Part shown: positions 1-6,994 of the stretch, piece after piece
Position numbering within the stretch: position 1 is the stretch's first letter
Layout of the letters: every line of letters begins with the position of its first letter
Source: Nitrospirota bacterium
GTDB taxonomy: Bacteria; Nitrospirota; Thermodesulfovibrionia; Thermodesulfovibrionales; Dissulfurispiraceae
NCBI GenBank assembly: GCA_040754455.1
Contig: JBFMCP010000042.1
Location: 1 to 23,415, forward strand
Direction of reading: 5' to 3'
Length of the DNA: 23,415 nucleotides
Notes under the pieces: generated by a model
The model's input: the letters and a program-made list of their open reading frames with translations, nothing else
What the model was told of the DNA's origin: nothing
Databases searched by the model: none
Translations under genes and position numbers: made by a program

Positions 1-298
1 CGCCGCCGTTGGTGGTAAGACCAACCTTTACTCCCTCTTTCGCTGCATGGTCGAGGATGGTGAAGAACTCCTTGTGGAGCGTCGGCTCGCCCATCACATG
101 GAATGTTATTTTTTCGCAGATGCCGTTGCTGCCGAGCTCGGAGATGATGCGTTTGGCAAGGTCCGTCTCCATGGAACCGTAGGGCCGCTTCATTTCGGAC
201 TTCGGGCAGAAGACACAATTGAAGTCACAGACATTGGTCAGCTCTATGTGCACCCGCTGGAGCGGAATCTCGATATGGCCGAAGCGTTTCTTCCTCAT
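1..298 (-). CDS. Radical SAM domain protein (5' part only; runs off the window start)
   Basis: Manual translation from ATG at 298: MRKKRFGHIEIPLQRVHIELTNVCDFNCVFCPKSEMKRPYGSM...ITFHVMGEPTLH...VGLTTNG. It has the CxxxCxxC motif plus GEP and TNG motifs, and an AAAGGA RBS just upstream. Not in the ORF track because it has no stop within the window. Confidence 0.9.
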   Translation of the reverse strand, partial: MRKKRFGHIEIPLQRVHIELTNVCDFNCVFCPKSEMKRPYGSMETDLAKRIISELGSNGICEKITFHVMGEPTLHKEFFTILDHAAKEGVKVGLTTNGG

Positions 299-373
299 AA
301 TCCTTTGCTGCACTGAAGGTACCTACCTATTCTGACGCAAACGGAATGTTTTTTTCCATACGCAGGGAATAAA

Positions 374-443
374 TGGGGTGATGGAGTAATGGGTAGCTAT
401 GCTTCGGATGTTTTTTTCAATACTCCGATACTCCAACGCTCCA
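374..443. repeat. Intergenic octamer tandem repeats in inverted arrangement
   Basis: Left arm TGGGGTGA/TGGAGTAA/TGGGTAGC (374-397). Right arm ATACTCCG/ATACTCCA/ACGCTCCA (420-443), whose reverse complements are CGGAGTAT/TGGAGTAT/TGGAGCGT. Confidence 0.7.
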
Positions 444-459
444 TTTTTATCCCCTCTTC

Positions 460-488
460 TTGGACAAATGTGATAAAAATGATAATAT
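460..488 (+). promoter_or_regulatory. Candidate sigma70 promoter for ybaK
   Basis: TTGGAC (460-465), 17 nt spacer, TAATAT (483-488) with an extended -10 TGn, about 30 nt before the GAGG RBS and ATG 518. Confidence 0.35.
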
Positions 489-517
489 AGAAAACATTCA
501 AGAAACGAGGTACGGGT

Positions 518-1009
518 ATGATTGAAAATACGCCTCCTGTCACGGCAGCGGTTGAAGTTGTGCGCGCGGCGGGGATCGAATATTCGGACCACCTCTACGC
601 CTATGAGGAAGGCGGCGGCACAGCGGACTGCGCAAGAGAGCTCAACGTTGATGAACACGCTATCGTGAAAGTGATCGTCCTGGAGGCCGACGGAAAGCCT
701 TTTATCGTTCTCATGCACGGCGATATGAGGGCATCGACTAAGGAGCTTGCAAAAATAATCGGGGCAAAGAGCATTCTACCCTGTGTCCCTGAGAGAGCGG
801 AACAGCTTACAGGATATCAGACCGGAGGTATCTCTCCCTTCGGCACACGCTCTGAAATGCCGGTATATATGGAAGAGACCATCCTCAATCTTCGCAAAGT
901 CTACATAAATGGCGGCAAGCGGGGCTATTGCATCGGCATAGACCCGTACGATATCGTCAAAATCCTTCGTCCCACCATCGTAAAGGTCGGCTCCGCACGC
1001 GGGGCCTGA
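518..1009 (+). CDS. ybaK: Cys-tRNA(Pro) deacylase, YbaK/EbsC family
   Basis: 163 aa. Catalytic Lys in 'IVKVIV', plus TGYQTGGISPFG and 'YINGGKRG' motifs. GAGG RBS. Confidence 0.92.
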   Translation: MIENTPPVTAAVEVVRAAGIEYSDHLYAYEEGGGTADCARELNVDEHAIVKVIVLEADGKPFIVLMHGDMRASTKELAKIIGAKSILPCVPERAEQLTGYQTGGISPFGTRSEMPVYMEETILNLRKVYINGGKRGYCIGIDPYDIVKILRPTIVKVGSARGA

Positions 1010-1020
1010 GTAGTCCACAT

Positions 1021-1038
1021 TTCTGGGAGTTCCCAGAA
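1021..1038. other. 18-bp palindrome TTCTGGGA-GT-TCCCAGAA downstream of ybaK
   Basis: Perfect 8-bp arms read directly. Function unknown (RNA stem or protein-binding site). Confidence 0.5.
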
Positions 1039-1196
1039 CCAAAAGCCGGACCAGAAACAATGACAGGATTTCCTTCCTTTCGGTGCTGCACGTTTATAAT
1101 AAAAATTTTTAATAATTCTATAGTTACGTAGATAACACCATTTGAGTGTGGTACATTTTTAATTAACCTTGGAGCCATGAAGCAAGGAGGTCAGGG

Positions 1197-1607
1197 ATGA
1201 CGCTGAAGGAAGTGCTGCAAGCGAAAACAACAAAGATGGTCACCTGCAAGACAACCTGCCTTGTCGCTGATGCGGTGACCGTCATGGACGGGCATAACAT
1301 AGGTTCAATACTGGTCCTTGATCATGATGACAAACTGGCCGGCATCTTTACTGAAAGGGACATCATGCATTGCTTTGTAAAGAAAATCTCTTTCAATGAG
1401 GCGAGGATCGGTGAAGTCATGACCCCCAACCCGATAACTGTCAACGGATCGGAAGATATCAGCGTTGCGATCAAGATCATGTCGGAAAAGAGGATCAGAC
1501 ACCTCCCGGTCATGGAAGACGGGAGGCCTATCGGTGTGGTCTCTTACCGCTTTGTAGTTCCCTACCTGCTGCCTGAGGCTACCTATAAGTCGGACGATAT
1601 CTATTAG
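1197..1607 (+). CDS. CBS-domain pair (Bateman module) protein
   Basis: 136 aa with two CBS repeats: 'MDGHNIGSILV...GIFTERDIM' and 'VMTPNP...IRHLPV...GVVS'. Strong AAGGAGGT RBS. Confidence 0.9.
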   Translation: MTLKEVLQAKTTKMVTCKTTCLVADAVTVMDGHNIGSILVLDHDDKLAGIFTERDIMHCFVKKISFNEARIGEVMTPNPITVNGSEDISVAIKIMSEKRIRHLPVMEDGRPIGVVSYRFVVPYLLPEATYKSDDIY

Positions 1608-1935
1608 GTGTATTTATACAAAAACCTTGCCCGTATTCCTCGGTATCCGGTATGCGGAGATGGCATGAGCTCATCGTAAGCGTGCAGGGGATATCATGGT
1701 GCCAAAGGTTACCTAAAGTTACATAATTATTGATCGGGATAAAGCCCCTGTGTTAAAGTAAAATAGCTTGTCTTATCGAAGACAGAGTTCGTGAGGCTGT
1801 TGGGAAAGAGTGGAAGTATCGTAAATTTTTTATAGATTTTGCCGCATTCAGCTGCAAAACTTTCCATCCTTTCGGGATAAAAATTTGCAAAAAAACAAGC
1901 AATAAACAACAATACTGCTGCGATGAGGAAAACTC

Positions 1936-2412
1936 ATGAAAGAAACCTTTGATCAGATCATCACAAAGTACAGGGATACCGGAGGCAATGTTATTTTCCT
2001 GCTCCAGGAGACTCAGGATGCACTGGGGTATATCCCCGAAGAGGCGATTAACTACTTTTCAGAGGAGCTCGATATCCCCGCCAGCCGCTTCTACGGAGTC
2101 GTCACCTTCTACTCGCAGTTCCATCTGAAACCAAGGGGCAAGAACGTCATTTCGGTCTGTTGCGGAACCGCCTGTCATGTCAAGGGCGGATCCAAGATAG
2201 CCGAGCGGGTCCAGAGGGACCTCGGCCTTGCCGCTGACGGAGAAACGACCGAAGACGGACAATTCACCTTTGAGGTCGTGCGGTGTGTCGGGGCCTGCAG
2301 CATCGCCCCTGTGGTATTGGTGAATAACAAGGCCTATGCCGAAATGACTGCCGACGGCACGTCAAAGCTCATCAAACAACTGAAAAAAGAGGGGCCAGAT
2401 GCAGCAAACTGA
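1936..2412 (+). CDS. nuoE: NuoE/HydC-like [2Fe-2S] subunit (gamma) of an NAD(P)-linked formate dehydrogenase complex
   Basis: 'GVVTFYSQF...VCCGTACHVKGG...VRCVGACSIAP' thioredoxin-like [2Fe-2S] motif. GAGGA RBS. Overlaps the next gene. The symbol denotes homology, not complex I membership. Confidence 0.92.
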   Translation: MKETFDQIITKYRDTGGNVIFLLQETQDALGYIPEEAINYFSEELDIPASRFYGVVTFYSQFHLKPRGKNVISVCCGTACHVKGGSKIAERVQRDLGLAADGETTEDGQFTFEVVRCVGACSIAPVVLVNNKAYAEMTADGTSKLIKQLKKEGPDAAN

Positions 2413-4219
2413 TGTCGAATATAAGGCACAAAATGATGATGGAAAGAAAAAGGTCGTCGTAAGGGTCTGTATAGGTACGGGTGGCCTTGCTGCCGGAGGC
2501 AAGGAGGTCATCCAGGCGTTCAAGAAGGCAATTACCGATTTCTGCGTTGATATCGATCTCGATTTCACCTGCCATTACCAAAAGGTAGGTTGCCGCGGTT
2601 TCTGCGCGCGGGACGTTCTCGTCGATGTTGTTGATAACAATACAAGTGTTACCTACCAGGGCATAAAGCCTGATAATGCGTACAGGATCGTCAAGGAGCA
2701 TCTAATAGAGGGCAAGCCGATTACCGAGTGGCTTATCGACGACTCATACTATGCCTTTCATTCCAAACAGCACAAGGTACTCCTCAAGGATTGCGGCTCC
2801 ATAGACCCCGAAAACATCCATGCGTACATCGGTGTCGGAGGGTATGAAGGAATAAAGAAGATCCTGGCAGGAATGACCCCCGAGGATGTGATCGCCGAGA
2901 TCAAGGCATCGGGCATCCGCGGCAGGGGGGGCGCCGGTTTTCCGACAGGAGTGAAATGGGAAGCCTGCCGTAAGGCCCCGGGCGAGAAAAAGTACATCGT
3001 GTGCAATGCCGACGAAGGCGATCCGGGTGCATTCATGGACCGGTCGATCATTGAGGGCAACCCTCATTCGGTCATCGAGGGAATGATGATCGCCGCCTAT
3101 GCGATCGGCGCGGACCTCGGATACGTCTACATCAGGGCTGAATACCCCGCTGCCGTCGATCGGCTGAAGCTCGCGATGGCGCAGGCCCATGAGTTGGGCT
3201 ATCTCGGGAAGAACATCTTCGGCTCGAATTTCAGCTTTGATCTCAAGATAAAACTCGGTGCAGGCGCCTTTGTCTGCGGTGAAGAGACCGCTCTCATCGC
3301 TTCGATCGAAGGAGAGCGGGGAATGCCGCGGGCAAAGCCACCGTTCCCGGTCCACAAAGGTCTCTGGGGCATGCCGACGGTTATCAACAACGTTGAGACC
3401 CTTTCGAATATACCGTACATCATACGGAACGGCGCTGCCTGGTTTGCCTCGATTGGCACCGAGAAGAGCAAAGGCACGAAGGTCTTCGCACTTACCGGCA
3501 AGGTGAAGAACACCGGCCTGATAGAGGTTCCGATGGGTATACGGCTCGGGGAGATCATCTATGATATCGGCGGCGGCTGCCTCGATGGCAAGCAGTTCAA
3601 GGCGGTCCAGACCGGCGGCCCTTCCGGCGGCTGCATTCCGGCCTCGTTGCTCGACACGCCGGTCGATTACGATTCCCTCGCTAAGGTCGGCTCGATCATC
3701 GGCTCAGGCGGCATGGTCGTCCTCGACGAGACGGACTGCATGGTCAATATCGCGAAGTTCTTCCTCGAATTCACCCAGGCCGAATCCTGCGGCAAATGCG
3801 TGCCCTGCAGGATCGGAACGAAAAGACTCTATGAGATACTCGACAGGATGACAAAAGGTCTTGGCAAAGAGGGAGATATCGAACTCCTCGAGAAGCTCTG
3901 CAATGACATCAAGGTAACATCCCTGTGCGGTCTCGGGCAGACCGCTCCCAACCCGATCCTCAGCACCCTTAAGTATTTCAGGGAGGAATACGAAGCTCAC
4001 ATAAAGGAAAAGAAATGTCCTGCGAAGGTATGCAAGGACCTTTTAACCTATAGCGTTATCGAAGAAAAATGCAAAGGCTGCGGCGCCTGTCTCAGGGCCT
4101 GCCCTGCGAAAGCGATCACCGGAGAAAAGAAGAAACCCCACAAAATAAACACCAGCATATGCATTAAGTGCGGCGCATGTTTCGATGTCTGCAAATTCAA
4201 TGCTGTGGGGAGGGAGTAA
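2399..4219 (+). CDS. nuoF: NuoF/HydB-like FMN/NAD(P)H-binding subunit (beta) with C-terminal 2x[4Fe-4S] domain
   Basis: Motifs GRGGAGFPTG, CNADEGDPGAFMDR, GAGAFVCGEETAL, GGPSGG and ESCGKCVPCRIG...SLCGLG. C-terminal CKGCGACLRACP and CIKCGACFDVC. The symbol denotes homology. Confidence 0.95.
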   Translation: MQQTDVEYKAQNDDGKKKVVVRVCIGTGGLAAGGKEVIQAFKKAITDFCVDIDLDFTCHYQKVGCRGFCARDVLVDVVDNNTSVTYQGIKPDNAYRIVKEHLIEGKPITEWLIDDSYYAFHSKQHKVLLKDCGSIDPENIHAYIGVGGYEGIKKILAGMTPEDVIAEIKASGIRGRGGAGFPTGVKWEACRKAPGEKKYIVCNADEGDPGAFMDRSIIEGNPHSVIEGMMIAAYAIGADLGYVYIRAEYPAAVDRLKLAMAQAHELGYLGKNIFGSNFSFDLKIKLGAGAFVCGEETALIASIEGERGMPRAKPPFPVHKGLWGMPTVINNVETLSNIPYIIRNGAAWFASIGTEKSKGTKVFALTGKVKNTGLIEVPMGIRLGEIIYDIGGGCLDGKQFKAVQTGGPSGGCIPASLLDTPVDYDSLAKVGSIIGSGGMVVLDETDCMVNIAKFFLEFTQAESCGKCVPCRIGTKRLYEILDRMTKGLGKEGDIELLEKLCNDIKVTSLCGLGQTAPNPILSTLKYFREEYEAHIKEKKCPAKVCKDLLTYSVIEEKCKGCGACLRACPAKAITGEKKKPHKINTSICIKCGACFDVCKFNAVGRE

Positions 4220-4221
4220 TT

Positions 4222-6921
4222 ATGGTAAAGGTAACAATAGACGGAAAGACAATAGAGGTTTCTGAAGAGATGACGGTCCTTGAGGCAGCGAGGATGGCGG
4301 GAATAGAGATACCTACGCTCTGCCATCACCCGAAACTCACTCCTTTCGGCGGCTGCCGGCTCTGCATTGTCGAGATCAAAAGCATTCCGAGGCCGGTGAC
4401 CTCCTGCACAACCCCGGTGAGCGACGGGATGGAAGTGACGACTTCGAACCCGAACATCGAAAACCTGAGAAAGACCGTCCTGGAGTTGATACTCTCCGAT
4501 CACCCGAACGACTGCATGGTCTGCGAGCGGGCCGGCGACTGCACGCTCCAGGAAATGGCATACCAGTATGGCATCAGGGAGAACAGGCTCGCCGGTGAAA
4601 GAAGGGTCTACACGAAGAGGGACGGAAACCCCTTTATCGAGAGGGACCTCGAAAAGTGCATCATGTGCGGCAGATGTGTGAAGGTCTGCAACGAGGTCCA
4701 GGGTGTCCAAGCGATCGACTTCGGTTACCGCGGCTTCAAAGCCAAGATATGCACTGCATATGAGAAAGACCTTAACTGTGAATTTTGCGGCCAGTGCGTT
4801 TCGGTATGCCCCACGGGAGCACTTACCGGCAAGATGTGGTCATTAAAGGGACGTCAAAAGGGCGTGAAAGAGGTCGACACCGTCTGCTCTTACTGCGGCA
4901 CCGGCTGCAATATCACGCTCCATGTGAAGAACAATGAAGTCGTGAGGGTCTCGTCCAAAGAGGACACCTGGAACGAGGGCTGGCTCTGCGTCAAGGGCAG
5001 GTTCGGCTACCAGTTCATAGGCAGCCCCGACCGCCTGAAAAAACCATTGATCAGAGTTGCACCGAAAGATGCTCCGACATCCGGCGCTCAACGTTCGACG
5101 CTTTTCAAAGAGGTCTCCTGGAACGAGGCGCTCGATTATGTTGCAGCGAAGATAAAGGAGATAAAGGCCGCTCACGGCGCCGATGCCATCGGCGGACTCT
5201 CATCAGCGCGCTGCACCAATGAAGAGAACTACGCATTCCAGAAAATGATCCGCGCCGCAGTGGGGACGAACAACGTCGACCACTGCGCCCGGCTTTGACA
5301 CGCGCCCACGGTAGCCAGTCTGGCTGCCATATTCGGTTCTGGCGCAATGACCAACTCCATACAGGAGATCGAGGGGATGGAGGTCATCTTCATCATCGGC
5401 TCGAATACCAAGGAGTCGCACCCGGTCATCGCCAACAGGATGATCAAGGCATATCGCAAAGGCGCGAAGATCATCGTTGCCGATCCGCGAAAGGTGCCGA
5501 TGGTGCGCTTTGCCGAGCACTTCCTCAACCTGAAGCCGGGCACTGATATCGCCCTGCTCAACGGCATGGCCCATATTATAATTAAAGAGGGGCTCTACAA
5601 TAAAGAATTCATTAACGAGAAAACCGAGGGCTTTGAGGAATTCAAGAGGTCGGTCGAAGAGTACACTCCTGAAAAGGTGGAGCAGATCACCGGCGTTCCC
5701 AAGGACGAGCTGATCAAGGCTGCGCGGCTCTACGGCGGTTCGCGGAAGGCGGGCATCTTCTACACCATGGGAATCACCCAGCACACCTGCGGCACCAATA
5801 ACGTAGCTGCTGTCGCCAATCTGGTGATGCTCACTGGCAATATCGGCAGAGAGTCCACCGGCATCAACCCGCTCAGGGGACAGAATAATGTCCAGGGCGC
5901 CTCTGATGCAGGCTGTCTCGCCGCTACCTATCCTGGATACCAGAAGGTCGACCTTCCGGAAGTGAAGGACAAATTCGAGAAGGCCTGGGGCGTGCCCCTC
6001 TCCGCAAAGGTGGGGATGACTGCAACCGAGATGATTCCCGCTGCACTCGAAGGAAAAGTCAAAGCGCTCTACATAATGGGAGAAAACCCGGTCATCACCG
6101 ATCCCAACACCCATCACACGGTCGAAGCGTTGAAGAAGCTCGACTTCCTGGTAGTGCAGGACATCTTTATGACCGAGACTGCTGCATTGGCAGATGTGGT
6201 GCTGCCCTCTACCTGCTTTGCCGAGAAAGAAGGCACCTTCAGCAACACGGAGCGAAAGGTCCAGCGGGTGAGAAAGGCGGTCGATGCACCCGGCGAGGCG
6301 CGGGCCGACCTGGACATCATCATGGATGTCTCGAAGAGACTAGGATATGAAATGAGCTACAAGTCTCCTGAAGATGTGCTGATCGAGTTCGGCCAGGTAT
6401 GGCCCAATCTTGCGGGGATCACCTACCAGCGCCTCGAAAAGGGAGGTATCCAGTGGCCGTGCCCGGACGAGGATCATCCGGGGACGCCTTATCTCTACAA
6501 GACGGGGTTCCCGAAGGGCAAAGTCAAATTCTCAACCGTCGAGTATACTCCTCCTGCCGAGACCACGGATGAAGAGTTCCCCTTCATCCTCACGACAGGA
6601 AGGAACCTCTACCAGTACCACTCCGGCTCGATGACAAGGAGGGTGCAGCCCATCGAGGCGCACGCCGGAGAGCCGTATGTCGAGCTCAATCCCGCAGACG
6701 GAAAGAGGCTGAACATCAGCAACGGCGAGCGGATTACCGTTGCCTCGCGGCGCGGGAGTATCAAGATAAAGGCGAAGCTCACCCCGAAGGTCCCGGCAGG
6801 CACGATCTTTATCCCGATGCACTACAGCGAAGCTGCGGCGAATGTGATCACGAACGACGCGCTCGATGCTCAGGTGAAGATCCCCGAATTCAAGGTCTGC
6901 GCAGCGAAGATAACAAAATAA
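4222..6921 (+). CDS. fdhF: Selenocysteine-containing formate dehydrogenase alpha subunit (Mo/W-bis-PGD), 899 aa, Sec at residue 359
   Basis: ORFs 4168-5298 and 5347-6921 are in the same frame and joined by TGA (5296-5298) in 'DHCARL-U-HAPTVASL...GSGAMTN', the FDH Cys/Sec-His site. The N-terminus has NuoG-like [2Fe-2S], HxxxCxxCxxxxxC, two ferredoxin-type [4Fe-4S] and CSYCGTGC...LCVKG motifs. Also PLRGQNNVQG and a C-terminal IPEFK. ATG 4222 follows a GGGAG RBS. No Tat signal. Confidence 0.95.
5310..5328 (+). promoter_or_regulatory. Bacterial SECIS element (selenocysteine insertion hairpin)
   Basis: GGTAGCC-AGTCT-GGCTGCC stem-loop with G in the apical loop, starting after an 11-nt spacer 3' of the UGA. 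This is the same spacing as the E. coli fdhF SECIS. Confidence 0.85.
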
Positions 6922-6932
6922 CGTTCAGGTCT

Positions 6933-6979
6933 GAACACAAAAAGGGCAGTGCCTTTTGAGCGCTGCCCTTTTTGTGTTC
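6933..6979. terminator. Bidirectional intrinsic terminator between the convergent fdh and dapF-like genes
   Basis: GAACACAAAAAGGGCAGTGC-loop-GCGCTGCCCTTTTTGTGTTC, a 20-bp inverted repeat with an A-tract and a T-tract flanking the GC core. Confidence 0.9.
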
Positions 6980-6994
6980 GCCGGGCGATCGTTG

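Noticed and set aside
47..718. ORFs 47-316 (+) and 323-718 (-)
   Set aside because: They are shadows of the radical SAM gene and of ybaK plus the intergenic repeats, with no recognisable motifs.
1818..1837. Rex-like dyad ATCGTAAATTTTTTATAGAT upstream of the FDH operon
   Set aside because: The right arm matches poorly and the spacing is off. It is compatible with chance in AT-rich DNA.
1936..4219. Respiratory complex I (nuo) operon
   Set aside because: No nuoA-D or nuoH-N genes. The subunits are coupled to FDH alpha, and beta has HydB-type extra domains.
5203..6117. 304-aa minus-strand ORF, and similar antisense ORFs inside nuoF, acd and alaS
   Set aside because: Antisense shadows of well-supported genes.
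4168..6921. Two separate FDH ORFs, or a nonsense pseudogene
   Set aside because: Both parts share a frame, the TGA falls exactly at the Cys/Sec ligand position, and a SECIS follows. It is one selenoprotein gene.
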